In this document: positions 20,662 to 32,136 of the stretch, in pieces
Layout: each line of letters begins with the position of its first letter
Position numbering within the stretch: the stretch's first letter is position 1
From: Histomonas meleagridis 2922-C6/04-290x
Lineage: Eukaryota; Protista; Parabasalia
Assembly: GCA_020184695.1 (NCBI GenBank)
Contig: JAANOX010000095.1
Span: 187,914-251,913, forward strand
Direction of reading: 5' to 3'
DNA: 64,000 nucleotides
Program-made: the position numbers and the translations under genes
Notes under the pieces: generated by a model
The model's database searches: none
Told to the model about the DNA's origin: nothing
Seen by the model: the letters and a program-made list of their open reading frames with translations, nothing else

Positions 20662-21725
20662 AATATATTGTTTGTCTTCAATAATATATAATTGTTGATT
20701 TAAAAAAGAAGTGAAACTTTGTTTAAAAAAGTATTTTTCCTATTCCTGCAAAGTAAAATTTAAACCACAAAGTACTCTTAAGTTTTTTAAAATATTATCA
20801 GTTGCCATTTTGAGCGCAATGTGTAAATATTTAATATATCAAAATGGAAAAAAATTAAAAGCTTTGAGGTAGCTTAGGAAAGATTACTAATAAATATTGC
20901 AACCCACAAAATGATTGAGCAATGATTTTGACATTAGACACAATTCAAATAGATTCAATGACAACAAATTTTCCAATCAAACAAAAAAATTGGAAATTCA
21001 AATTATTTAAAACAGCGCTTATAAAATTATCTTTATGAAAACATCTCATTCATCTTTGAATTCTTATTCCTGTTTCAAAAGTATTTAAATGATCTCTTTC
21101 TTCATAAATATTTTGTTCAGTTGATTTATTCCTTGATGTCATTTCATTTATTAATTCTAAATACAATTATAATAATAAGAACTAAAATTGATATAATACA
21201 GATAAATATTATTATGATTATTATCGTTTTTATTATTTATATTTTCATATAAATTTATGAGCGTGAAATATCTATATGCATATTTTAGAAAAACAATTTA
21301 TAACAACAAATTCTTTTGCGAACACTTTCGAATATGAATGGAGAAAATCATACATGATAAAAAACATATTAAATGCAAAGACTTTAATTATATTTTTTCC
21401 AATTGGACATTATTAAATGTTCGAATATTTTGATATAAATGAGCCAAAATATTAGTTTTTCTGAAAACAAATAATATCTGGATAGAATACCATCATGAAA
21501 GACGATATTTTTGTATTTTGATGTACAACATTTTCAGTATGCATCAATCGTTCTGCTCACAAAAACTTTTGTAAACTACACAAATCAAGGTGAGGTGAAG
21601 TGAAAATGCGATAAATGAAGAATGGATTTATCTTAATATTTATTCAAAATTATTGAGAATCATATTGAAATTATATATCTCCCTTTTTTAAATAGCCATT
21701 GCAAAAATCACATCACTTTATTTTA

Positions 21726-22175
21726 ATGTCCCTTAAAATAATCTCTGAAGGATCAAATTATTCTGCAATAAATGTTGGTCCAGCTTCTGAAATTGAAAAG
21801 TATGTATTAGAAGCTCATGGTGAGAAGATCCAAGGAAAAGTTTTCATTCAACAACCACTTCATTTAACTGGATCTGAAATATCATATACATCTATTCCAC
21901 CTGGTGTACAACTTCCATTCTTCCATTCCCATAAGGAAAATGAAGAAGTATTCATTATTATCAAAGGAAAAGGTGAATTTCAAGTTGATGATACTGTTTT
22001 CCCGATTGAAGAAGGTTCTGTTATTCGTACTGGCACTGGTGCAAGTCGCTGTTACAAGAACACAGGTACCGAACCACTTGTGATAATCTGCATCCAAACA
22101 CTTGAATCCAAGGAGCCACTCAAGACTGGACACGATGCGGAGTTCCTTCAAACCACTCCAAGATTCACTCAGTAA
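21726..22175 (+). CDS. Cupin-2 domain protein, bacterial-like (copy 1)
   Basis: 149 aa from ATG 21726; cupin motifs FHSHKENEEVFIIIKGKG and EGSVIR...RCYKNTG. Confidence 0.9.
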   Translation: MSLKIISEGSNYSAINVGPASEIEKYVLEAHGEKIQGKVFIQQPLHLTGSEISYTSIPPGVQLPFFHSHKENEEVFIIIKGKGEFQVDDTVFPIEEGSVIRTGTGASRCYKNTGTEPLVIICIQTLESKEPLKTGHDAEFLQTTPRFTQ

Positions 22176-22316
22176 ACAAAGTGAACACCAAATTCATTTT
22201 TAATTCCAACTTTATCACCAAACATTAAAACTGTTCTCATTATATATTAAATTATAATTTGAGCGATGACAATTTAAAGCATAAAATAACAAATAAACAA
22301 ATATTTACTATTAAAA

Positions 22317-22745
22317 TCAGTCGCTTTCCAACTCACTTTCATCATCCATAGCATTTTCCTCGTGCAGCCTTTTCAGCGCGTGATTATTTTCGATTTTTTC
22401 TACTGACACCAAATTCCCATTTTGGTTCATTTGGTTCAGCATTTGCGCTAACTCAGGCGTCAGTCCCAATTTATCGTTAATGAATTGTTCCTTTTCTCTT
22501 TTCTCAGCTTCCTCATCATAAACGTCGTTTTCATCGAATCCAACGATCAATAACACAAACGCTGTTTTATCCCTCATCACAGTTAAGAAGAAATGTCTCA
22601 CAATTTCTTCGAAAACTTCATTCAAATCCTTTATAGCATCAGAAGTATTCTCATTATTATTCACAGTTCCATCATTCCACAACTTATTAATCACATAAAA
22701 ATAACTCAACGTAAAAACTTTGGATATTATATAAATAACACACAA
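22317..22745 (-). CDS. Hypothetical acidic protein; start uncertain
   Basis: ORF with a coding-like, GC-richer 3' half (VFEEIVRHFFLTV...KLGLTPELAQML); no in-frame ATG near the 5' end. Confidence 0.45.
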   Translation of the reverse strand: MCVIYIISKVFTLSYFYVINKLWNDGTVNNNENTSDAIKDLNEVFEEIVRHFFLTVMRDKTAFVLLIVGFDENDVYDEEAEKREKEQFINDKLGLTPELAQMLNQMNQNGNLVSVEKIENNHALKRLHEENAMDDESELESD

Positions 22746-23485
22746 ACATGCATCAATTTTTTATTGATTTTGTTTATAAAATTGTATATGTTTTTAAAAG
22801 TAATAGTAACTTTTCGATGGATTATGTTTATAATTTTAGTTGAATAAAAATTTTAGTATCGAATCGAACGATACAACAACATTTATCATTTTTTCTTAAA
22901 ATGTGAAACAAAAAATGTGTGTGAAATTATAGTAAGTGTTAGTATGAATGAATATGAAAATGTAAATGTTGATGAATATGATAAAATTTAAAATTATATC
23001 AAGTAAATAAACAAACTTTCTCTTCATAGAACCTGCTATTCAATTTTGAGAAAAAATAAATTTCCGGGGAGACCGTTCATGAATTTATCGAATAATCAGT
23101 TTTTATTCAATTTAGTGTGCCCCACCTTTAAATAAGATTTTCTTTTCTTTGTTAAATTTGGTTTCTTTGAAAATCATATAATTTCCCTACAAATCAATTT
23201 TTTTATGATAATATAAATAATGGATATTCTAGGTATAATAATTTAATAATTTCTTTCCTATCATAAATAGCAATCAATTGATATATCAATTATATAGATG
23301 TACAATGATTTTCCAGTTGATTGATGAATAATTTTTTTTGATCTAAGAACAAAATAATTGTATTAAACTTTGATTTTAATCTTTATATATGGATTAACAT
23401 TTCTTCTTACATTATTTATATTATCTCTCACAGAAACTCGACTTATTAAAAACACATATCACGATAGAAAGTGGGTAATTAATGT

Positions 23486-23620
23486 TATGTTTCAGAATTA
23501 TATTTGGAAATTATTCTAAACATTCAACACAGCATTTATGAAAGCATCTAATAATGGTAATCTAGAAATAGTTAAATTACTTCTTGAACATTAAGGAGTT
23601 GATATTAAGGTTACGATCTA
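23486..23620 (+). pseudogene. Solo ankyrin-repeat remnant with two 17-nt spacers
   Basis: TAT|GTTTCAGAATTATATTT(23489-23505)|GGA|AATTATTCTAAACATTC(23509-23525)|AAC ACA GCA TTT ATG = Y-G-NTAFMKASNNGNLEIVKLLLEH, then premature TAA at 23592 and GVDI. Confidence 0.75.
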
Positions 23621-24713
23621 TGTTTATTATAAAATAGGTTTAACCGATTTAAATAAAAAGTGATTGAACCTCAAAATATCTTCTTTAATAAACAATATTT
23701 TTTAAGATTAATAAATACATTTATTATGAAAATAGCTATTTAAATTTAAATTGTGATATTATATTCAGAATTTAAAGAGAGAAAAAAAATTAGTAAAATT
23801 GATTATTTATAAATTCGAGCCTTTTCTTCCTGCTTATAGGATATGATCTAAGTTATTTCTTAGATATTAACTTCAATCATTTTCATGATTTTGTTTTCGT
23901 TATTTTTGATTTTGTGCGTAATCTGTAGTTGATATATTATTGTTTTTTTTAATAAAATATGATATTTTCTTAATTATTGTTTTCTCGAATTTAATACAAA
24001 TTGTCATGTGAATCACATTATTAATTAATATTAAAATTAAATTAATTTATTTTCTTAATAATAATTTTGTAAAAAAAAAGAGAGAGAGATGGCGGAGACA
24101 CTTTTTGAGCAAAGCTCTTGATAACTTATCTTAACCAAATTGTTATCTTATTTTTTTATGAGCAATCTCCAAAATTTCAAAATGCTTTTTTGGGCTATAG
24201 GTTCAAATACAAAAGTTCAAATTCAATAAATATTTTTTTTTTCATTCTGTTTTTAAGTTATACAAGATTTTCAATATCTATAGATCAGAGCAAAAATTCA
24301 AAAATCGATCTGAGCAATAGATAGATTTGTCAATTTTCCACACCACCAGTTGGTTGACAGTGTCTTTTCCAATAGTTCATCCATTTTACTTTGTATCAAT
24401 AATTTTTCTTGTTTAACCATGATGCTTCACTTCATTTGTTAAATTTATTAAAGTGTTCCTAATTGGGGTTATGTTTATGGAAATGTATTAAATTAATTTA
24501 CTTTCATATGAAATATTTCTATAACTTTTTGATTCACTTTTAATCGTACTTCTCTGAAATGGATTCAAAGAATTTTGCCGACAGACGTCGACGACCGTTA
24601 TACGATAAAATAACTTTTTGAAAGTGACAAGAGCGCACGTTAGCGCCTTCTTCAATAAATAAATGTTCCACTTGTTGAATAATTTATTCAGTATTTACTT
24701 TTCTGTACCTTTC

Positions 24714-26684
24714 TTAGTGCGCCTTTGCGATGATTTCCTTCAGTTCGTCAATTGACGTCACCAACTTCGTTGCCTTTCCTTGTACTTCCTCAGCAACTTT
24801 CTCTATTTTGCTGTCGAGTTTCGCCTGTGCGTCTTCAAGCTTCAGGTATCCCTCGGTCACTTTCTGCGCTATTTGTTCTCCGACTGTACTTCCTGTGAAT
24901 ATCTTTGCGACCAAGTCCAAGTCCCTGCAGAACTCGCTCGAGCCCTCCATGTTAATGAACTCCAAAAATCGTTTCTCTGATAACTCAATGATTGTTCCTA
25001 CGTTACCCGATGCGTCTTTGTACACATCCAATCCATCGCTTACAGTTTTCACTAATGTCAATGTAACGCTTTTAGCCTTATCCAAAGCTTCGTCAATTTC
25101 CTTGTAGAACGTAGTGTTGAGTCCTAAGAGGACAAGTTTCGCAAGTGTAATCTCTGCTGCTGATTGTATCTCTTGTGGAATTGATGAAATTGATTTCTGG
25201 ACTTCATTAATGATTTGTACTCCTTGTTTAACTACGTCGTATTTCGTTACGTCGATTCCAAGTTCTTTAAGGTCATTAATTGCCTCTGTAACATCAGCAC
25301 GACGTAATGATTCGATTGATGACTTACCTTGTTCAATGAAGCCTTTTCCTTGTTTGTATATTGCATCTCCTTGTTTATATAATTGTTCTCCTTTCGAATA
25401 TATATCAAGTGCATTCTTTAATATTTGACTCTGCTCACTAACTTTCGCGATGTCAATACCTGCTTGCTTAAGTACCGAAAGTGCACTTGTAAGATCTCCT
25501 TTCTTTGCTGCATCATAAGCGGCTTTACCTAATTCAAGTTTCTCCTTTCCTTGTTTGTATAATGTCTCGCCTTGATAATAGTATTCAGATCCTTTCTCAA
25601 ATAGTTCTTGCGCTTTTGTGTATAATGAATTAGTACGTACATCGAGGCCTAACTCTGCAAGTCCTTCAATAGCTCTTCCGAAATGTCCCGTTTTGATCGA
25701 TTCGACAACTTGTTTACCTTTCTTATACATATCATAACCTCGTTGATAATACTCTAGACCTTGTTGAAGTAATTCGCTTTGCGATATTAATTTCTTCGCT
25801 ACATCAGGCGAGATAAGTGACGTAACGCCGCTTATGATTTGTGCATAATTACCATTCTTGATGCCTTTGTAGACCATTTCGCCTTGCTTGTATAACTGTT
25901 GTGCTTCAGCTGCCTTCTGCGCAACTGTGCCAATTGTTCCGCCAATGCTTCCGCCAACTGCTGTCGCAATGCCGCCAAGCGCTGACACGAAATCTTTCTC
26001 TTTAACGCCTTGGTATATGGACATTCCGGCTTGGTACAATGCATATGCTTTGTATGCTGTGGACATTGTGGCCGCTATGGATGCTGCAAGACCAATTTGT
26101 CCAACAACTGGAACAAAACATGTGACAAACCCAACATATGGAGCAACTGCTTTAACTGTCTTAAAGGCCCTTTTGACTTCTTTCTTGACTTCATTTACAA
26201 CGGGCTTATATGCTTTGGCTGCTGCTTTGAGATCTTTGACGACGCTTTTACTTACATCTTTGATGATTTGACCGGCTTTGCCTGGATTGACAGCTATCTT
26301 GGCGGCGGCTTTAGTGATCTTTCCGGCAATTTTCACTGCTTTTTCAGTTGCTTTGATGGTACTTTTGACAACTTGTGTAACAGGTTTGGTGACCTTTTTC
26401 ACAACCTTCTTTATCTTTTTGAAGAGACCATTTTTGACAGGATCATATTCATAAACAAAATCTCCACTTTCATCAAGTTCATATACATACTCGTATTCGT
26501 CTTCATCTTCATTGTCTTCTTCTGAAGGATATATAATTTCTGTTTTATGTATGATTTCATCATAATCATGTTTGCGCATTTTATCTAAGAGACTCCTAAT
26601 AGCAGCATTATTAAATTTATATATTTGTGGGCGTTGTTTGCATAAGCTAATAACATTAAACAGACAAAATGTTGGGAGAAACAT
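24714..26684 (-). CDS. Putative secreted protein: hydrophobic leader, acidic segment, cationic amphipathic helix, hydrophobic hairpin, helical repeats
   Basis: 656-aa ORF, visibly GC-richer than its flanks. SEEDNEDEDEYEYVYELDESGD, then GLFKKIKKVVKKVTKPVTQVVK, then VGFVTCFVPVVGQIGLAASIAA, with repeated Y(K/Q)QG/KG motifs. Confidence 0.85.
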   Translation of the reverse strand: MFLPTFCLFNVISLCKQRPQIYKFNNAAIRSLLDKMRKHDYDEIIHKTEIIYPSEEDNEDEDEYEYVYELDESGDFVYEYDPVKNGLFKKIKKVVKKVTKPVTQVVKSTIKATEKAVKIAGKITKAAAKIAVNPGKAGQIIKDVSKSVVKDLKAAAKAYKPVVNEVKKEVKRAFKTVKAVAPYVGFVTCFVPVVGQIGLAASIAATMSTAYKAYALYQAGMSIYQGVKEKDFVSALGGIATAVGGSIGGTIGTVAQKAAEAQQLYKQGEMVYKGIKNGNYAQIISGVTSLISPDVAKKLISQSELLQQGLEYYQRGYDMYKKGKQVVESIKTGHFGRAIEGLAELGLDVRTNSLYTKAQELFEKGSEYYYQGETLYKQGKEKLELGKAAYDAAKKGDLTSALSVLKQAGIDIAKVSEQSQILKNALDIYSKGEQLYKQGDAIYKQGKGFIEQGKSSIESLRRADVTEAINDLKELGIDVTKYDVVKQGVQIINEVQKSISSIPQEIQSAAEITLAKLVLLGLNTTFYKEIDEALDKAKSVTLTLVKTVSDGLDVYKDASGNVGTIIELSEKRFLEFINMEGSSEFCRDLDLVAKIFTGSTVGEQIAQKVTEGYLKLEDAQAKLDSKIEKVAEEVQGKATKLVTSIDELKEIIAKAH

Positions 26685-27677
26685 TTGTGTTTATGACATA
26701 GCATTTGACAACGGTTTTATACAAAAGAGAAATGCTCATAATTCAATTTTCAATACATCATTATCCAACGAAATCATTCAAAACGATCGTTACGGTTTGA
26801 AAAACAAACCGTTGTCTTGTCAATCAATTTTCAATCGAAAATTTATCTCTTAAAACTCTTTTGTTTAATGACAACCTACAAGTTTTATAATTTCTTTGTG
26901 TGCATTATGATATGACATTATTTTCATAGTCAGGTTAAGACTGATTTTCAGGAATAATTTTTGAGCTCTATTAACTGGCTTTGATGAAATTGTGCCTACT
27001 TGATAATGTTGAAATGTAGATAATATTTAATATTGTGCTTCACAAGTTTCCTTTCGGCATAAACAATTTTTAGCCTTTATATTGAAAGTTTGAGTGGATA
27101 TGTTTTGATATTTTAAGTAATTTATTATATCCTTATTTCCTATGATATAGTAGAAATTCTGATAAAAAGTATCCAAATATGATAATTTTTTATCTTAAAA
27201 AAGATTTTGCTAGCAACCATTTTTTGATTCATTATTTGACCAAGTTTTCTAATCGATATTACATGAATTAATATAAACAACAACCCGAAATATAATATTC
27301 ATAATAAAATCGGAACTATTAATTTTGAAACTCTAAAATTTTATCGCGAACACCAATAAGATCTGAAAATAAAGATAAATATGATTTACTCTAAAAATCA
27401 TTATAAATTTTTTTATCTTTTATCTTTTTTAATTCAATAAGCAAAAATACATAGATAATATATGATGCTTTCATACTTCAAACTCTAATATTTGGAATGT
27501 ACTTTTATCTATTATAAAAGAATATATTCTCTATCATATAATAATTTTTACTTCTTTATATGTTTCATATATATACATAGAAATGAAATATCATTTTGTA
27601 TAATTCATCCAAAATTTCGAAAGTTTAAATCATTGAATTCACAAAATTTCATTAACATTATTTATTATATAGATAAC

Positions 27678-28535
27678 CTAAAGCTCTTCTCTTTCTTTTT
27701 CCAAATTGCATATAGCGTTCATATCTAATGAATCAAACACTTCGCACTTATGCGTCTTCGCGTACCCACAAAACACTTTGTTTGTGTCTTCTTCCCACTC
27801 ATTGATATAGTCTACAATGTTTTCAACAAGTGTACAAACATTTTCGTCGTTCGAGCTGTTCATCAATTGAAGTAATTTTTGTTTCGTTTTCAGATTTTCT
27901 TGTTCTGATCCATATGCAACAAGTTCTTTGATTGTCTTCTTATGGCATTTTTTGCCATTAATAAGTAAAGAGAATATGGAATATGCTGAATTAATTAAGT
28001 TTTTGTTGTCGTCACATTTGGTTAATATTTCAAATAGATAATCATTTTCACATCTGTAATTATCATTACCTTCAGATATGAGTAAATGTGTTAGATTGAG
28101 CATTAAATTGATATATTCGTGTTTAACTGAACATTGCTTGGTTCGAAGAAGAATCCCTGATCGAAGAGATTCAATGGTTTGCCTTTCTTGTGACTTATCA
28201 AGAAGTATTTGCTTAGAAGTGGCATTCGCATGAACTCTTTGAACATATGCAGAAAGTAATTTGAGACTTTTGGCTGAATCTTCTTTATGATTCATAGAAA
28301 TATCTCCAAGGAATTTGATCATTGACTCATCATCAAAACGCTTGGCTGAGTTGAGGATCTTGAACAATGCTGGGAGAAGAAGAGTTAAGCCTATTAAACA
28401 TATGATGCTCGTAATCATTTGAATTGTATCAAAATTTCTTTCAGCCCAATCCATTATGCCTCCTTCATTTTTTTCTTGTTTTTTCTCTTTCCTTTTCTCT
28501 TGTTTGATATTTATTTGTTTCTTTTGCTTAGTCAT
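27678..28535 (-). CDS. Hypothetical single-pass membrane protein
   Basis: 285-aa ORF with TM segment MITSIICLIGLTLLLPALF; alternative start MDWAERN at 28454. Confidence 0.75.
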   Translation of the reverse strand: MTKQKKQINIKQEKRKEKKQEKNEGGIMDWAERNFDTIQMITSIICLIGLTLLLPALFKILNSAKRFDDESMIKFLGDISMNHKEDSAKSLKLLSAYVQRVHANATSKQILLDKSQERQTIESLRSGILLRTKQCSVKHEYINLMLNLTHLLISEGNDNYRCENDYLFEILTKCDDNKNLINSAYSIFSLLINGKKCHKKTIKELVAYGSEQENLKTKQKLLQLMNSSNDENVCTLVENIVDYINEWEEDTNKVFCGYAKTHKCEVFDSLDMNAICNLEKEREEL

Positions 28536-28585
28536 TTATGAAATGTGAGATGAAATTTGATCTTGAAGATGAACGTTAAGGAAAT

Positions 28586-29224
28586 ATGGAAGAAAAGAAA
28601 AAAGCATTTGAATTAAAATCAAATACAATAATTGAAGATATGCACCTTGTGCCTCCTGCATATACACTTTCAGCTAAAGATTTTCAAGTTGTTCATAAAA
28701 TTTATGATATGCTCAATTTTAATCATTTGGGACTTGATGATGTTGTTTTTGGCTTATTTGTTTCATCACTCCTTGAAGGAAATTCAGAAGCACATCAATT
28801 TTTATTTGATTTATTTGATACAGATGGAAGTAACAGAGTTGAATTTGATGAATTTTATTTATTAATACTAATTCTTGTAGCATTAAAAGACAATCAAGCA
28901 ATTCCTTTCTTTGCCCAAAATACAAGAGTATGTTTTGATCTACTTGATATTGAAAGCATGGGAATGATCACAATGCGTCAAGCAGTATATTTAAGTGTTC
29001 TCTTAAACATAGACAAGAAAATCATTGACCAAAAGTTTATAGAGTTTGACACATCCAACAACAATGCACTTGAATTTGATGAGTTCGAATTATTCATTAT
29101 GTCAGTTCTCGATAACACTCAAAGCACAAGCAACAAAAAGTCAAAACGCGAACTCGCAAACCAACACTTAGAAGAGAAAAGAGCGATGTCAGATCCTCCT
29201 AAAAAAGAATGTATCTTAATTTAA
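28586..29224 (+). CDS. EF-hand calcium-binding protein (EFCAB9-like) with C-terminal CaaX
   Basis: EF loops DTDGSNRVEFDEF, DIESMGMITMRQ, DTSNNNALEFDEF; FYLLILILVALKD...CFDLLD resembles EFCAB9; ends in CILI*. Confidence 0.8.
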   Translation: MEEKKKAFELKSNTIIEDMHLVPPAYTLSAKDFQVVHKIYDMLNFNHLGLDDVVFGLFVSSLLEGNSEAHQFLFDLFDTDGSNRVEFDEFYLLILILVALKDNQAIPFFAQNTRVCFDLLDIESMGMITMRQAVYLSVLLNIDKKIIDQKFIEFDTSNNNALEFDEFELFIMSVLDNTQSTSNKKSKRELANQHLEEKRAMSDPPKKECILI

Positions 29225-29468
29225 AATAAATAAATTGTTTTTTAAAATAAAAAAAGCGAATTTTTAACTTTCTAAAATTCCTTTCGATGTTACTCATGTT
29301 TTTCTTTCACTGTTTCCCCCATAAACTATTCAATTTTCACAGAAACTGTTCCAGTAAAAGGTGATTCGTAATCCATGTGAAAAAACATTTTACCAATAAG
29401 TTTTAATGAAAGTTTAAGTTAAAAGAACATTTAAATTTACGCAAAAATATTTTTAATAAATTCTCCCT

Positions 29469-30881
29469 TTATTCGATTGTATTTAATTTCTCCGTTATTT
29501 CAGTTTCTTGCTCTGGTACAATAATCCAGAAGCACAACAACGCTGACAAGAATGCGAACACAGAACCACTTCCGATGATTGGAGCCTTCCAATTCTTCGA
29601 AAGTGCGCCAACGCCAGATCCCAACAAAAAGTTTGAGATTTGCTGACCAACAACGCAACATGAGTTAAGTACACCCATATAAGTACCCATTTGTTCTTGT
29701 GAAACGCATGTTCCGACAACAGCATAAGGTACAGAGTTAAATATATTACAAGAAATTCCAAGTGGTGCAAATATACCCATTAAAGCCCATTTGTTCTTAA
29801 CAAAGAAAACTAAAACAAGACAAATTCCTTCGATGATTTGTGAGAGTGCATATGCAAGTTTCATTCCACAAATTTGGATGACTTTTTCTTGGAAGAAGCC
29901 ATAAATTAGAACAAGAACATTAGAGACAGCAATTACAAGCATACCGAAGTTGACACCATCGTTGTATTGCTCAACTTGCTCTGCAGTGCCATTGGAGCGA
30001 CCGTTATAAATGTCAAATCCGAAGAAATCAGTTGTTTCGATGTTAAATGGGTAATAAGCCATCCATGAGAAGAAGAAGACAATGGAAATACGGAGAACTG
30101 GTTTGGGCACGTTTTTGGCTGCTTGGAAAATTTCTTTTAATGGATTGGCACGAACAGGTTTGATGCGAAGTGGTTCTTCTTTGGCTACAACAAAGGTAAT
30201 GGTAACACCAATTGCAATAAGGATAATACCAACAATGAAAATCAACTTCTCGTTATCAAATGAAAGTTTGAATTTCTTTGCAAGATCAAGACCACCAATA
30301 AGATTGGTAATAATTGCTGCTAGACCAATCATAAGTGAGCCTACTGTGTTGGCTTTGACTTGTTGGCTCTTTGGAACAACATCTCCAACAAGTGTACGTG
30401 ATGGACCTTGAAGGACGTTGATAGAAATGTTGGTGAGAAGAAGCGCAAATGTGAAAATGAAAATTTTGAGACCTTTCTTAGCTGATGCGGATTTACCCAT
30501 TGCATCACCAAGAGGTTCAACAAATAATAAAAGAACAAAACCAATTAAAATGCCAATAACGCCAGCTATAATGAATGGACGCCTTCTACCCATTTTAGCC
30601 ATGGTAATATCTGAATAAAAACCAACTAATGGTTGTACAATGAAACCTGAAAGTGGACCTGAGAACCAAATTAATGATTGAACACTTTGTGCAATTCCAA
30701 GGCGTGACATGATTGGTGTACCTAACGCAAATTCAACACTGTATGCAATTTGGAATGCAAGCATTGAGCAACAAATGCCAATAATGTGGAAGAGTGATAG
30801 AGACTCTCTTTGATTGAGTGGCACCCAGTCGGTTTCTTGACCAATTTCTTGGTAACCTACTTGGTCTGCGTTTCGCTCCAT
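29469..30881 (-). CDS. MFS sugar transporter, sucrose/H+ symporter (SUC/SUT/SLC45-like)
   Basis: About 12 TM segments; GPLSGFIVQPLVGFYSD, GRRRPFI, QGPSRTLVGD, MGTYMGVLN. Confidence 0.9.
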   Translation of the reverse strand: MERNADQVGYQEIGQETDWVPLNQRESLSLFHIIGICCSMLAFQIAYSVEFALGTPIMSRLGIAQSVQSLIWFSGPLSGFIVQPLVGFYSDITMAKMGRRRPFIIAGVIGILIGFVLLLFVEPLGDAMGKSASAKKGLKIFIFTFALLLTNISINVLQGPSRTLVGDVVPKSQQVKANTVGSLMIGLAAIITNLIGGLDLAKKFKLSFDNEKLIFIVGIILIAIGVTITFVVAKEEPLRIKPVRANPLKEIFQAAKNVPKPVLRISIVFFFSWMAYYPFNIETTDFFGFDIYNGRSNGTAEQVEQYNDGVNFGMLVIAVSNVLVLIYGFFQEKVIQICGMKLAYALSQIIEGICLVLVFFVKNKWALMGIFAPLGISCNIFNSVPYAVVGTCVSQEQMGTYMGVLNSCCVVGQQISNFLLGSGVGALSKNWKAPIIGSGSVFAFLSALLCFWIIVPEQETEITEKLNTIE

Positions 30882-32136
30882 ATGAAGGTGATGTGATTTG
30901 TTTCTGAAATTTATAATTTTTGTGGTTTATAAATCTTGACAATTCAAAAAATGCCGATAAGAATTTCCTATTCGAAGTTCAATTACATATAATTTTGGGA
31001 TTAACCGAAAGCTAAAGATACTCAGTGGGAAAAATTCTTTTTTCATGTTTAAATATCAAAAGTACAATGAAATACAGATAGATAACTTTTGTGTCGTTTC
31101 ACGTTGATTAGATGAGCGCAATTATCTGGATATTTATCAAGATTTCTTCAAGAAAAAAAAATTCTATTTGATGGCACTTTTCAAGTGGGTATTGGAAAGT
31201 GTCAAAAAATGTATGATAATATAATTTTTTTATCAAAGGTTTACCAAATCACAGTTACGGTTTCAACTTTTTGAAAATCAAAAAAAACATCAGGAAATAA
31301 GTGCTTGTTCAGTATTGCCATTGCCAAACAATTTTAAAATGATATTTTATTCATTGAAGCGAATTTAAAATGACTAATTTTCTAAGAGAAATTTAAGAAA
31401 TGATAATTCAGATTGATTTTAAAAAATCAGAAGTGAAATCTTTTTGTACTGTTTTTAAGAATTTATACATGTAAAAACATCCAATGAAGTAAAGCAATAA
31501 AAAAGGCAAAATTTTTACTTGCAATGGAACATGATTTTTTTTAATTTTCAAAGCAAAATGAAATCACATAATTTTACTTAATTTAATACAAAGAGTGGTT
31601 CTCATGATAATAATAGTAATATAATCTTAAAACTGATCAACAATTAATTTTGTAAAATTTATTTAGCATGAACGGGGGTTCAAAAATGCTTTTCTAGACA
31701 TTTTGATATGTCACTAAACCATATGAAGAACTTATAGCAATTATAATGTCACTTACGGATAAATATTGTGGGTAAATTATTCGATTTAAATTTTGTTTGT
31801 ATAAAATTTCCAAAAGCTTATTTTGAGAGCGCTGTAACTGAAAAGCCCCAATATTTCTGGTATCATTCAATTTTTCAATTTACGAAAATCTTTGCAATTG
31901 AATTAACTCATCGTTGTTTTTTTCTTTTTCTTTTCTGGATTCTATGGTCTATTTGCTAATATGTAAATTTCCGTTCAACAACAATTTAACATAAAAAGAT
32001 ATCTGTAAGAAAACCAAAAATATTGGAAAACTTCAGATAATTCTTTTTTGGTGGCTGTTGTTGAGTTTTGGCGGGCTTTATCATCCAATCGTTTTCGGTT
32101 TTTGCACGTTGGAATTTTGATTAGTTTATTCTTCAA

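Noticed and set aside
24730-26525. Several antisense or alternative-frame ORFs over the 656-aa gene, and similar short ORFs over RasGEF, MFS, Kelch and HECT genes
   Set aside because: Shadows of codon bias on the real gene; no domain signal.
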